Below, in pieces: positions 1 to 9,666 of a DNA stretch of 64,000 nt. The position numbers were made by a program, and so were the translations under genes. Positions within the stretch are counted from its first letter, which is position 1. Each line of letters opens with the position of its first letter. The notes below the pieces were generated by a model that saw only the letters and a list, made by a program, of their open reading frames with translations, was not told the origin of the DNA and made no database searches. Location of the stretch: the NCBI GenBank assembly GCA_031414775.1, contig JANOQI010000057.1:37709-101708 (forward strand), given 5' to 3'. This DNA is from Synechococcales cyanobacterium VAR_4_metabat_354 (GTDB lineage: Bacteria > Cyanobacteriota > Cyanobacteriia > Cyanobacteriales > Chamaesiphonaceae).

Positions 1-76
1 CGAACCGACCAATAATTTCGCTAACTAAGCCGCGCTGTACACCATCTGGTTTGATCGCGATAAATGTCCGTTCCAC
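1..76 (-). CDS. ndk: Nucleoside-diphosphate kinase, 5' part (runs off the window edge)
   Basis: Manual translation from GTG at 76 gives MERTFIAIKPDGVQRGLVSEIIGRF, the canonical NDK N-terminus; AGGAG RBS upstream. Not in the ORF track. Confidence 0.93.
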   Translation of the reverse strand, partial: MERTFIAIKPDGVQRGLVSEIIGRF

Positions 77-131
77 TGTTAACTCCTAAAATTTCACGGG
101 TTGATAGCCAACAATCCAGGATAGCGGATTA

Positions 132-500
132 TTAGCGCCGATTGAATAATCCGTTGAGGAGAGTAGAGACTAATGAAAGAATAAATGTCCCTAAAATGGC
201 TGGCAGCCAGCCGTTAATTACAAAGTCTGGCCGATACCAATCTACGGCCAGCAAACAAGCCACATTCAACACGATCGCTGACAAACCCAGGGTCAGCAAG
301 GTGAGGGGAAAAGTCAAAAGCTTTAGTACTGGCCGAATGAAAGTGTTAACCGCGCCCAAAAGTACCGCCGCCCCGATCACCGCAGTAGTATTCGCAAAAC
401 TGAACCCCTTGGGGATCAACTGGTTCACAATTTCGGCAGTAATGGGCAACGAAATCGCATTGAGTAGCCAGGTCATGAATAGTTTGATCATAGGTAGCAA
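132..500 (-). CDS. 4-TM membrane protein, YvlD / 'phage holin family IV'
   Basis: Hydrophobic 122 aa with the VNTFIRPVLKLLTFPLTLLTLGL signature. Confidence 0.85.
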   Translation of the reverse strand: MLPMIKLFMTWLLNAISLPITAEIVNQLIPKGFSFANTTAVIGAAVLLGAVNTFIRPVLKLLTFPLTLLTLGLSAIVLNVACLLAVDWYRPDFVINGWLPAILGTFILSLVSTLLNGLFNRR

Positions 501-552
501 GTGATTCTGCCATACAATAGCAGAGGCATTATGAACTTTCCTTAATTATCTC

Positions 553-1032
553 ATGTCCCAAATTTTCGCTGTTATTTTGGCCTGTTGTTTGTGGCTAATT
601 CCTACCACTGCTTGGGCACTACCCGCACCACCGCTATCTTTTAGCAATGCTGAGCTAGCCCGCAAAGACTTTTCTGGCCAAAAACTCCAAAAAGCCGAAT
701 TTTCTAATGCCAACCTCGAAAGTACTAACTTTGCGGGCGCAGACATGATTGGGGCAGTTTTGAGTACCTCATCGCTGGTTAATACCAATCTGCATGGCAC
801 CAACCTCACCCAAGCGCTGATCGATCAAGTAAAGTTCAATGGCGCTGATCTCAGCGATGCCATCTTGGTCGATAGTATTATGCTCAGATCGAGATTTAAG
901 AATGTCAACATTCATGGCACCGATTTCAGCGGTGCGATTTTGGGGAAAGTGCAAGTCAAACAACTTTGTGAGCAAGCCGATGGCGTGAATCCGACCACTG
1001 GGGTGGCCACTCGTGATTCTTTGGGTTGTTAA
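553..1032 (+). CDS. Exported (lumenal/periplasmic) pentapeptide-repeat protein
   Basis: Signal peptide ending AWA, A(D/N)LxX repeats, C-terminal LC...GVNPTTGVATRDSLGC. Confidence 0.9.
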   Translation: MSQIFAVILACCLWLIPTTAWALPAPPLSFSNAELARKDFSGQKLQKAEFSNANLESTNFAGADMIGAVLSTSSLVNTNLHGTNLTQALIDQVKFNGADLSDAILVDSIMLRSRFKNVNIHGTDFSGAILGKVQVKQLCEQADGVNPTTGVATRDSLGC

Positions 1033-1039
1033 CTGAACT

Positions 1040-2158
1040 ATGAAACGTGTAGGAATTATTGGCGGTGGTCAACTGGCTTGGATGATGGCTAAGGAGGCAG
1101 CGGCGCTGGAGTTAGAGATCAATATTCAAACCCCAGATGCTACCGATGTGGCTGTTAGCTTAGCCCAGCACACGGTTTTAGCGGCGATCGATGACGTGCC
1201 AGCCACCGCCAAATTAGCTCAGGACTGTGACTGGGTTACCTTTGAGAATGAATTTGTGGATTTAGCAGCGCTGGGTGCGCTGCCAGAGATCTGCTTCCGG
1301 CCACCCTTGGCAGCACTAGCTCCCCTGTTGGATAAATATGATCAACGGCAATACCTGAAGCAACTAGGGCTACCAGTGCCCAGATTCTGTGCTGGCTTAG
1401 ATTACCAAGCCGCCGATTGGCAGTTTCCAATTGTCGTCAAAGCTAGGCGAAATGGTTACGATGGCCAAGGCACCCACATTGTCAAAGATGCCACCGCCTT
1501 AGCCGCCCTGCCTTTAGAGCAGATGCTCATCGAAGAATTTGTACCCTTCACTTGTGAGTTGGCAGTGATGGCCGCTCGATCGATCACTGGCCAAATCGTA
1601 GTGTATCCAGTAGTGGAAACCCAACAGGTCGAACAGGTTTGTCGGCGGGTTTATACCACCATAGATATCAGCGATCAGTTGAAATTAGAGATCGATCGAT
1701 TGGCTCACCAGATTCTCGACAACTTAGCCACCGTCGGAGTAATGGGCATTGAACTGTTTTTGACAGCCGATGGTCGGGTGTTAATTAACGAACTAGCGCC
1801 CCGCACCCATAACTCTGGGCATCTCACCATTGAAGCTTGCCATACTTCGCAGTTTGCCCAACACCTGCGAGCGGTAGCCGGGATGGAACTCGGCGATCCC
1901 AGCCTCCATTGTGCCGGAGCCGTGATGGTGAATTTATTAGGTTACGAAGCTACGACTAGCGATTATCTAGATCAGCGCCAGAAAATCGCGGCGTTACCCC
2001 ACACTTATCTTCATTGGTATGAAAAAAATCAAGCCAGACCAGGCCGCAAGCTCGGCCATGTGACAGTCATTCTCGATCAGAACAATCGGGAAATGGCAAT
2101 TGCGATCGCTCAACAAATTGAAGACCTGTGGTACCCAGCTCATGACAAACATGTCTAA
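1040..2158 (+). CDS. purK: N5-carboxyaminoimidazole ribonucleotide synthase
   Basis: GIIGGGQLA, TFENEF, GYDGQG, NELAPRTHNSGH and RKLGHVT motifs. Confidence 0.95.
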   Translation: MKRVGIIGGGQLAWMMAKEAAALELEINIQTPDATDVAVSLAQHTVLAAIDDVPATAKLAQDCDWVTFENEFVDLAALGALPEICFRPPLAALAPLLDKYDQRQYLKQLGLPVPRFCAGLDYQAADWQFPIVVKARRNGYDGQGTHIVKDATALAALPLEQMLIEEFVPFTCELAVMAARSITGQIVVYPVVETQQVEQVCRRVYTTIDISDQLKLEIDRLAHQILDNLATVGVMGIELFLTADGRVLINELAPRTHNSGHLTIEACHTSQFAQHLRAVAGMELGDPSLHCAGAVMVNLLGYEATTSDYLDQRQKIAALPHTYLHWYEKNQARPGRKLGHVTVILDQNNREMAIAIAQQIEDLWYPAHDKHV

Positions 2159-2984
2159 ATCTGCGATCGGACGAAATATTGCTAACTATGCGCTCCTAGG
2201 TGGCTTAGCCACCTTAACTCTTGCTCCCTTATTGTGGCTTGGTAGCACTGCCCTCAAATCCAGCTCTGAAAATGTCTTTCAGTCGCCACCCCAGCTGTTA
2301 CCCAGCGCCCCGACTCTCGATAATTTCGTAGAGGTGTTTCAGAGTAGCAATTTTGGACAGGCTTTGTGGAATAGCTTGGTGGTGGCCGTGCTCAGTGTTG
2401 GCTGTAATTTATTGTTTTGTAGCTTGGCGGCCTATCCTCTGGCCAGACTTCAGTTTTCTGGCAATAAAATTATCTGGGCAATGGTGCTGTCAACCCTGAT
2501 GATTCCTTTTCAAATTGTGATGATTCCGCTTTACATCATCACGGTGCAGCTAGGACTGGTCAATAGTTATCTGGGAATTGTATTACCCAACGTGGTCTCC
2601 GCTTTTGGAATTTATCTGTTGCGCCAAGCTTTTCAAGGGGTGCCCCAAGAACTAGAGGAAGCCGCGCGGCTAGATGGCTGTTCTGACTTGGGAATCTGGT
2701 GGCACATTATGCTACCCGCCATTCGCCCCGCCCTGATTACGCTCTCGATTTTTGTTTTCATTGGAGCCTGGAGCGATTTTCTGTGGCCATTGATCGTAGC
2801 CAGCGATGAGAATTATTATACTTTGCCCCTAGCAGTCTCCAAGTTGGCAACTGGCGCTTTTGGTTCTAACTGGCGGCTCATAGCAGCAGGGGCGATCGTA
2901 TCGATCGCCCCCGTGTTAATTCTTTTCCTGTTTGTCCAGAAATACATTGTGCCCACCGATATCAGCAGCGGGGTCAAAGGCTAA
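2151..2984 (+). CDS. Carbohydrate ABC transporter permease (MalG/LacG type)
   Basis: EAA loop EEAARLDG, WSDFLWPL, C-terminal SGVKG; ATG at 2151 overlaps the purK end (start chosen by eye). Confidence 0.9.
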   Translation: MSKSAIGRNIANYALLGGLATLTLAPLLWLGSTALKSSSENVFQSPPQLLPSAPTLDNFVEVFQSSNFGQALWNSLVVAVLSVGCNLLFCSLAAYPLARLQFSGNKIIWAMVLSTLMIPFQIVMIPLYIITVQLGLVNSYLGIVLPNVVSAFGIYLLRQAFQGVPQELEEAARLDGCSDLGIWWHIMLPAIRPALITLSIFVFIGAWSDFLWPLIVASDENYYTLPLAVSKLATGAFGSNWRLIAAGAIVSIAPVLILFLFVQKYIVPTDISSGVKG

Positions 2985-3781
2985 GCTGTTTCATCCAAGT
3001 ATTCTTGATTGATAGTATCTTCGCCATTGAGAGGCAATACATTAATAGTTCGAGTTACCATCACAGCTTCATGAGCGTGATAATTTCCCAGGGTGTTTTT
3101 GACCTGGGGCGAATAACGTTCCTGCAAGATATTTTCTAACTGATACAAATAAGCGGTGATCGTTAACCATAGCGCCCAGGTATAGAACTGGAAGTTATAA
3201 GCATCGATGCTAGCTGCCAAGTCCTGAATTCCTGTTGGTGCAAACTGACCCATACAAACATTGGACGAAGTGAACGATTGAACTATTTGACAGATAGAAT
3301 TTTCAATTATAGTGGTAATGCTGACCGTGCCTGCAAAAGACAAAAAGATGATCGCTATAGTGGAGATCGCGAACCAAGCAGTTCGGTACGCCGAACGATT
3401 GGAACTCCTTCGCCAAGACATTACTAGCTGATAAAGACCAGCCAAAATCAGGACTGGAATAGCCACATGCATAGTCATGAACATCACAGCTGCCAATAGC
3501 CAACTAAAGGGAAAGCTCATCCAAGTAAACCAAGATAAACCCGATGCTACAACCCTCATGCCTGGCAGCACTAGTGGCAATAGACACAAAGCTCGAATCC
3601 AAGAGGTTTTGGTGGGTAACCAGGCGGTAGATAACTTGATAGGGGATCGACGACGGCGGGGCTGAGGCGAATCTATATCTGGCAGTACAGGCGAATTCAT
3701 AAACTGAGAATTGTTTGTAGGCGGTAAACTTGAAGCTGGTAGTTTTATCATTCCCCGTTCCTGAAAATAAGAACACGCCAT
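2981..3781 (-). CDS. Hypothetical membrane protein (real start may be 3700 or 3751)
   Basis: 266-aa ORF with about 4 hydrophobic segments; family not recognised. Confidence 0.6.
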   Translation of the reverse strand: MACSYFQERGMIKLPASSLPPTNNSQFMNSPVLPDIDSPQPRRRRSPIKLSTAWLPTKTSWIRALCLLPLVLPGMRVVASGLSWFTWMSFPFSWLLAAVMFMTMHVAIPVLILAGLYQLVMSWRRSSNRSAYRTAWFAISTIAIIFLSFAGTVSITTIIENSICQIVQSFTSSNVCMGQFAPTGIQDLAASIDAYNFQFYTWALWLTITAYLYQLENILQERYSPQVKNTLGNYHAHEAVMVTRTINVLPLNGEDTINQEYLDETA

Positions 3782-3888
3782 ATGTTGAGATTGTGATAGT
3801 TCACAAACCGCTCAATAGATTCTATTTATAAACGAGAGAGGATGTGGTTATGGAGACTACATCCGAGCAACTACTAGGAATTTCTTAT

Positions 3889-5145
3889 TCAAATATAACA
3901 AGAACTTAATTTCTTTAAACTGGTCAGAGCATAGTTTACGGCTTCTGGCTTAGTACGAATTTTGTTACATACTTGAGCCAGCTGTAGTTCTTGTAATAAC
4001 TGACCAACTAGGGGAGACGGTTGTAGAGCTAGGGCTTGCATTAACTCGGTACCATTCAGCAATGGGAGCGGATGAGCAAGGGGATCAGTAGGATCTAGAT
4101 ATCGATCAATCAAATGGCTGATCTCTGACAGGGGCTGACCGCTGGCCAAACTCAAAATCACCACCAGGGGAAATACGGCGCCCACTTCTCGGAACAGGTG
4201 ATATTGAGCCACCGGCTCCACTGATGATAATTTTGCCAGTTGGGGAAAGCATTTGAGAGCTGTCTGAATCGCTTTGATTTCGGTAATACTGGCCGTGAGA
4301 TTAGTCAGCAACTGGCCACTACCGGCAGCGATGGGTTGCAGTAAATAAGCGAGTAAAGCTGCACCGGCACCGGTCATATTAATAGTAGGGCGCAAATTTT
4401 GGTGGAGAATATTGCTCAAGGCTGGATAGGTATGATCGATCAGTTGCAAGGCGGCAACCACCATGTTTAATTTATCTACCAATCTGGAGTCACTATAGTT
4501 ACTATTAATACCAGGTAGCCAACTATCGGATAGTCCAGTCTCCACCACGGCCGCTAATTGGCAGGGATCGCTGAGGCTGCTGCTGATCAAGTAGCGGATT
4601 TCGGCAAAAACTCGCTCGGCGGCGACCTGACTCAACAGCGGGGCTAGTTTTTGAATGGTTCTTTGAGTGGCTGGATCGATCGAGAAGCCCAATTGAGCTG
4701 CTTGGCGATACCCCCGCAATAACCGCAGGGGATCAGCGGCCAGATTGTCCACCGCAATCATCCGTACCACCCGCTGTTCAATATCGGCCACGCCTCCCAG
4801 CGGATCAACTAGTTGCTGGGTGAGCAGATGGTAGGCAATCGCGTTCATCCGATAATCCCGGCGGTGGAGATCGGACTCTAAGCTACCCCCAACCTGCTGA
4901 GCAAAGTCTACAGTCATTTCAGAAAATACCAGGCGGGCGATCGATCGATCAGCATCTAGAATCACAAATCCAGCATTATATTGGCTGGCAATGGTGCGGG
5001 CCAGTTCGATCGCGTCTACCGGTACTACTAGATCTAGATCGATCGGATAACGCTGTCTATTTAATAGAGCATCCCGCACAGCCCCACCAACGAGGTAAGC
5101 ATCGGTTGGTAAGAACGCCAAGCTAAAAGGTAAAGGGAATTCCAT
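3889..5145 (-). CDS. Class II tRNA nucleotidyltransferase (probably the CC-adding enzyme)
   Basis: LVGGAVRD..DLD, DLHRRDYRMNA, DPLRLLRGYR, VAAERV; short form with no DHH/CBS domains. Confidence 0.88.
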   Translation of the reverse strand: MEFPLPFSLAFLPTDAYLVGGAVRDALLNRQRYPIDLDLVVPVDAIELARTIASQYNAGFVILDADRSIARLVFSEMTVDFAQQVGGSLESDLHRRDYRMNAIAYHLLTQQLVDPLGGVADIEQRVVRMIAVDNLAADPLRLLRGYRQAAQLGFSIDPATQRTIQKLAPLLSQVAAERVFAEIRYLISSSLSDPCQLAAVVETGLSDSWLPGINSNYSDSRLVDKLNMVVAALQLIDHTYPALSNILHQNLRPTINMTGAGAALLAYLLQPIAAGSGQLLTNLTASITEIKAIQTALKCFPQLAKLSSVEPVAQYHLFREVGAVFPLVVILSLASGQPLSEISHLIDRYLDPTDPLAHPLPLLNGTELMQALALQPSPLVGQLLQELQLAQVCNKIRTKPEAVNYALTSLKKLSSCYI

Positions 5146-5326
5146 AGAATGGCGTTGGAGTAGAATACTTTTAATATCTAGTGAATATTTAGTGCTAGCA
5201 AGGATGATCTGACTTAACTGCTAGCCCACTATACCAATATACAATTTCATCATACAGTCCATGAAAAGTGCATGAAATGATAGCCTTCATCGGCCACTTG
5301 TTCAGAAAATCGCTCTCCAAAACTAA

Positions 5327-6112
5327 TCAACTAGAAGCGCTGGTATAAAAACGCAAAGCAAAACGCCAAAAGCGATTGGCGAGGAACATCAATAAAATTG
5401 CCAGTCCGATCGAACCACTCAAACTGGCCATATTGACCCGACCCAATAAAGTCTCCGCTGGCACCGTAGTAATAAAAGTCACTGGTACCACAAAAGTAAA
5501 AAAGAACCGATAAGCCACCGGATAAGCCACCAGCGGATAGCGACCGGCTTCCAACAACCCCCGCAACACCTCAGTAACGTTGTAGATTTTGACAAACCAA
5601 ATGCTAGTGGCACCGAGCATAAACCACAGACTATAGAGAATCAAAAAAGCCGCAGTGAGCGGAATCAAGCTCAAAAAGTAATTACTCACCGGCAAATGAA
5701 GTTGATTACCAGCATAAATGACCAACGCTATCCCCAGAAAGACATCCGGCAAACCCCAGGGCGAGATCGATCGAGTAGATAACCAAAACTGACTACTCAC
5801 CGGTTTTAATAGCACAAAATCTAGGGTGCCTTTTTGGATTTGTTCAATGATTTTGCTGAGGTTGGGACTAAGGAAAGCTGCCGACACACCCTGGAAAAAA
5901 GTGAACACTCCCACCACAATCAAGGCTGAAGACCAAGACCAGCCTGGAAACTGATAGCCCCGCTGATAAAACAAGTACAGCCCAAACAAACTGCCCACAA
6001 AGTTACCCACACTGGTGAAGGTTTCGATCCAAAAATTCAGACGGTATTCCATTTCAGCAGCGATCGCCGCTGTCCAAAACCGCTGGATAATCGAGAGGTA
6101 TTTGGGAATCAT
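5327..6112 (-). CDS. ABC-2 family permease (DUF990-like)
   Basis: MEYRLNF, GTLDFVLLKP, C-terminal RFYTSASS. Confidence 0.88.
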   Translation of the reverse strand: MIPKYLSIIQRFWTAAIAAEMEYRLNFWIETFTSVGNFVGSLFGLYLFYQRGYQFPGWSWSSALIVVGVFTFFQGVSAAFLSPNLSKIIEQIQKGTLDFVLLKPVSSQFWLSTRSISPWGLPDVFLGIALVIYAGNQLHLPVSNYFLSLIPLTAAFLILYSLWFMLGATSIWFVKIYNVTEVLRGLLEAGRYPLVAYPVAYRFFFTFVVPVTFITTVPAETLLGRVNMASLSGSIGLAILLMFLANRFWRFALRFYTSASS

Positions 6113-6200
6113 GGTAATTAATCGATTTTCGCGGCAGACAACTTAACTGACTACTAACATTGTGCCGGATTATTGTGAAAGCTTACCTCGATCGTCATCT

Positions 6201-6222
6201 TATTGATATTCTTTCTCATAAA
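6201..6222. promoter_or_regulatory. Fur-box-like site upstream of the feoB remnant
   Basis: TATTGATATTCTTTCTCATAAA resembles a GATAATnATTnTC Fur box and lies about 50 bp upstream of an iron-transporter fragment. Confidence 0.45.
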
Positions 6223-6270
6223 AGTTAAGATACACACATCGCTAGCAACTTAGCAAGGCACTAAGTTAAG

Positions 6271-6505
6271 ATGCCGAATATGGGCAAGTTAGCAGGCGTG
6301 ATTGCTAAAGAAATTGACTGGGTGCAAGCCTTATAGCTTCATGCTATTCACTTTGCTCTACGTACCCTGTCTCTCAACGGTAGCTGTGATTAAAACAGAA
6401 TCCAAGAGCATCAAATTTGCCCTGCTCTCAGTTTCTTGGTCGATCGGCTTAGCCTGGGTCGTAAGCTTTTTGTTCTATCAAGGTGCCAGAGCATTGGGTT
6501 TTTAA
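6271..6505 (+). pseudogene. feoB: feoB remnant: C-terminal ~75 codons only, with a frameshift
   Basis: YSFMLFTLLYVPCLSTVAVIKTES...LAWVVSFLFYQ is the FeoB C-terminus. The preceding ...LAGVIAKEIDWVQA is in another frame because of an extra T at about 6331 (CAA GCC T TAT AGC). Confidence 0.82.
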
Positions 6506-6506
6506 A

Positions 6507-6917
6507 ATGGCGACTGTTGGCCAACAAGGTGAAGAATTAGTCGGAGCCTGGCTGCAAACTAAAAATGCTCAGGTTTTGTACTATCGCTGGCGCAGCCGTC
6601 GAGCGGAGATTGATCTGATCGCGCAAAAGCAAGATGGTACAGTGCTTTTTATTGAGGTCAAAACCCGCAGTAGGAGAAACTGGGATGCTAATGGATTACT
6701 ATCGATCGATCATCACAAGCAGTCTAAAATTATCCACGGTGCTCAGATGTTTTTGGGACTTAACCATGCTTTAGCCGAGTATCCCTGCCGTTTTGATGTC
6801 GCTTTAGTCAGCCTAGGCAAAGTAAAAACAGAGGCTTTGTACTCCATTCAGCTAGAGAATGGTAGTTACTTACATTTGCAAAAGTATTTGGTAAATGCTT
6901 TTGACGGAGATGGTTAG
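6507..6917 (+). CDS. YraN family (UPF0102) nuclease-fold protein
   Basis: GQQGE, EIDLIA, FIEVKTR, CRFDV; ATG at 6507. Confidence 0.9.
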   Translation: MATVGQQGEELVGAWLQTKNAQVLYYRWRSRRAEIDLIAQKQDGTVLFIEVKTRSRRNWDANGLLSIDHHKQSKIIHGAQMFLGLNHALAEYPCRFDVALVSLGKVKTEALYSIQLENGSYLHLQKYLVNAFDGDG

Positions 6918-6986
6918 AATCGGCCTAGAACTCAATTACCTAGAGATTAATGAGATACTGAATGTTTGCCCTCCGACTTACTATCC

Positions 6987-7805
6987 ATGCGTCGAGACAC
7001 GATCTTTTTCCAACTATTCCAACAGTTACCGACCCTTTTATTTGAGCTACTGCCTCAGATGCCTGATCGGGCTAATGAATATACTTTTGATTCGGTGGAG
7101 GTGAAGGAAACTTCTTTTCGGATAGACGGGGTTTTTATTCCGCCTGATTCGGCAGGAATAGTTTATTTTTGCGAAGTACAATTTCAACCGGATGAGTTGC
7201 TTTACGAGCGAATGGTCAGCGAGATTTCGATTTACGCTTATCGTCACCGTAGTTTGTTCTCAGATTGGCGAGCAGTAGCGATCTATCCATCACGTAGTTT
7301 AGAGCAATCAAACAGAGAAATAGTTGCGGAGATACTAGCAAGTGGCAGAATCACGCCGATTTATCTTGATGAGTTAGAACGTGAAGAGGAATTACCAATA
7401 GGATTGGGCTTAATGGTTTTGACTACGCTGGAAGGCGATCGAGCTACGGCTGAGGCCAGGAGGTTAATCGGACAGGCACAGGGTAGTAGAGATATAATTA
7501 ATCTGGTATCAACGATCGTCTTGTATAAGTTCAATACTCTGAGTAGGGATGAGGTAGATCTGATGTTAGGAATTGAATTGCAGCAAACAAGGGTTTATAG
7601 GGATGCCATAGCTGAGGGCGAGCTTAAAGGAGAACAAGCCCTGATTCTTCGTTTATTAAATCGACAGGTGGGGAATGTTTCGATCGAGGTGGAGGCTCAG
7701 GTGAGAGCGTTACCGTTGTTATTGTTGGAGGAGTTGGGTGAGGCTTTGTTAGATTTTAGTGAAATGTCGGATTTGTTGGCTTGGCTAGGTGCCGATCGAT
7801 CGTGA
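6987..7805 (+). CDS. Rpn-like PD-(D/E)XK protein (DUF2887 plus C-terminal DUF4351)
   Basis: MRRDTIFFQLFQQLP, VKETSFRIDGVF, EVQFQ; C-terminal LEELGEALLDF. Confidence 0.88.
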   Translation: MRRDTIFFQLFQQLPTLLFELLPQMPDRANEYTFDSVEVKETSFRIDGVFIPPDSAGIVYFCEVQFQPDELLYERMVSEISIYAYRHRSLFSDWRAVAIYPSRSLEQSNREIVAEILASGRITPIYLDELEREEELPIGLGLMVLTTLEGDRATAEARRLIGQAQGSRDIINLVSTIVLYKFNTLSRDEVDLMLGIELQQTRVYRDAIAEGELKGEQALILRLLNRQVGNVSIEVEAQVRALPLLLLEELGEALLDFSEMSDLLAWLGADRS

Positions 7806-7832
7806 GTATATGCTTGTGGGCAATACCCACCG

Positions 7833-8501
7833 TTACTTTTCTACTCTCGCCATAATAAAGCCATCATAGCCTTTACAACCCACAGTTTGTAAGGCTGTAG
7901 CACTAACACGCGGTTCTGCTGCAAGCAATTCACTAAAACGGCGCACACCCTGAACCTTAGCATCTTTACTGTTTGGGTTAATAACCTCACCGTTACGAAC
8001 TACGTTGTCTCCGATAATGATTGTACCTATGCGAGATAGCTTGAGCGCCCAAGCCAAATAGTCGGGGTTGCTGGGTTTGTCTGCATCGATAAAAATGAAA
8101 TCGAATGACTCGCCACCCTCTGCATCAAGCTTCTGCAAGGATTCCAGTGCGTTGCCCAATCGAAGTTCGACCAAGTGACTAAGACCTGCCCGTGTGATGT
8201 TGGCCTGTGCAACTTCAGCATGTGTTGGATTGGATTCCAGCGTAACTAGGTGACCATTGGTAGGCAATGCGCGTGACAGCCAAATGGTACTGTAACCCGC
8301 CAAAGTTCCAATTTCGAGAATATTGCGTGCGCCTTGAACCTGTGCCAGTAATTGCAGCAATTTACCTTGATTGGGTGCTACATGATGAGAAGGTAAACCA
8401 GCTTCATCGCTGCTTTTAATGGCAGCATCTAATGCTGTATCAGATGGCACTAGCAAATCACAGAAATAGGTGTCAACATTTGTCCACTGCTGTTGGTTCA
8501 T
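7833..8501 (-). CDS. SAM-dependent O-methyltransferase (caffeoyl-CoA OMT-like)
   Basis: LEIGTLAGYS, FIDADK, DNVVRNG, KGYDGF. Confidence 0.92.
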   Translation of the reverse strand: MNQQQWTNVDTYFCDLLVPSDTALDAAIKSSDEAGLPSHHVAPNQGKLLQLLAQVQGARNILEIGTLAGYSTIWLSRALPTNGHLVTLESNPTHAEVAQANITRAGLSHLVELRLGNALESLQKLDAEGGESFDFIFIDADKPSNPDYLAWALKLSRIGTIIIGDNVVRNGEVINPNSKDAKVQGVRRFSELLAAEPRVSATALQTVGCKGYDGFIMARVEK

Positions 8502-8685
8502 TGATACGGTCTCCTAATAACCATCTATGCTGACGGGTTCAGTCTAACATTTCACATAGGGTATTTATGCAGACAGACTCCCAATCTAAACTAATTTTTC
8601 AAGGTATTAAAGCGTCAATTTGGACACTCTAACTATGTATCAGATATTTGTAATCGTTGTGCCAAGCGATCGATCTCAACCAAAC

Positions 8686-9483
8686 TCAAACTATTGGCTC
8701 CCCAGGCACCAAAATACCTTCCTCATCAAATTTCTTCTTAATCGCCTCTTGCGTCTCAAAATACACATCCCAATAGTCCGAAGTTTTCACCCAAGGACGC
8801 ACCGCAAAGCGAATACCAACACTACCCCAATCCAAAATCCCAATCAAAGTCTTCGGCTCCTCTAAAACTCGCCGATCCTGTGCCAAAACATCTGAGATAA
8901 CTTTTTTTACTCGATCGACATCATTTTCATACTTAGTCCCAAACACCAAATCGATCCGACGGTAGGGCTGAGCAGAATAATTGGTCAAACAATCATCAAA
9001 CAACTTGCGATTGGGAGCAATCACGGTGCGATTATCAGCGGTAAGTAAAGTAGTGGTAAGAGGATGAATTTTTTTAACTGTGCCTCCAATGCCCAAACCT
9101 TCAATGTAGTCGCCAACTTTAAAGGGTCGCAGCAAAATAATCAAAATTCCAGCAGCAAAGTTAGATAAAGAACCTTGCAAAGCCAGTCCGATCGTTACCC
9201 CTACTGAACCCAAAATAGCGATAAATGACGCGGTCTGCACCCCTAACTGGCTCAGAGCTACAATCGCTGTCATCGTCACCACAGCGATATACACCAAATT
9301 GCTGGCGAATGAGGCCAAGGTGGCATCTATTCTGGCTTTTTGAACAGCTTTACTAACGATAGCTTGGAGAAAGTGGGCGAGCTGGATACCAATCATCATG
9401 ATCAGAAAAGCAGCAATTGCTTTCAAGCCTAAATCAGCAATCCAGGTCTGGAGTTGAGGAAGAATATCTGTTTTATTGTCCAT
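8686..9483 (-). CDS. mscS: Small-conductance mechanosensitive channel
   Basis: IGLALQGSLSNFAAG, RPFKVGDYIE, RRIDL. Confidence 0.9.
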   Translation of the reverse strand: MDNKTDILPQLQTWIADLGLKAIAAFLIMMIGIQLAHFLQAIVSKAVQKARIDATLASFASNLVYIAVVTMTAIVALSQLGVQTASFIAILGSVGVTIGLALQGSLSNFAAGILIILLRPFKVGDYIEGLGIGGTVKKIHPLTTTLLTADNRTVIAPNRKLFDDCLTNYSAQPYRRIDLVFGTKYENDVDRVKKVISDVLAQDRRVLEEPKTLIGILDWGSVGIRFAVRPWVKTSDYWDVYFETQEAIKKKFDEEGILVPGEPIV

Positions 9484-9666
9484 AGAAAATGCAGTTCAAG
9501 GGCGAGTTGTCCCACTCTACCCCATACATGACAAATCCGGCAAAGCTGTTAGCTCAAAAGCCTATTCTAGTAAGCAGTTGAGGATTAAGGAAAGTATTTG
9601 TAGTACAAGTTTTAACCAAATCCACTAGAATAATGCAAATGCCATCTTCACCCCACCGCTAGTTTC

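Noticed and set aside
132..500. 'Phage holin' as a sign of a prophage
   Set aside because: This family is a common chromosomal membrane protein, and no phage genes are nearby.
5260..5277. CATGAAA direct repeat with 11-bp period as a response-regulator site
   Set aside because: Only two short copies in AT-rich DNA; could easily be chance.
6987..7805. Rpn-like genes (also 25078..25983) and Uma2 (47666..48328) as IS elements
   Set aside because: No terminal inverted repeats or target-site duplications seen; these are multicopy cyanobacterial families.
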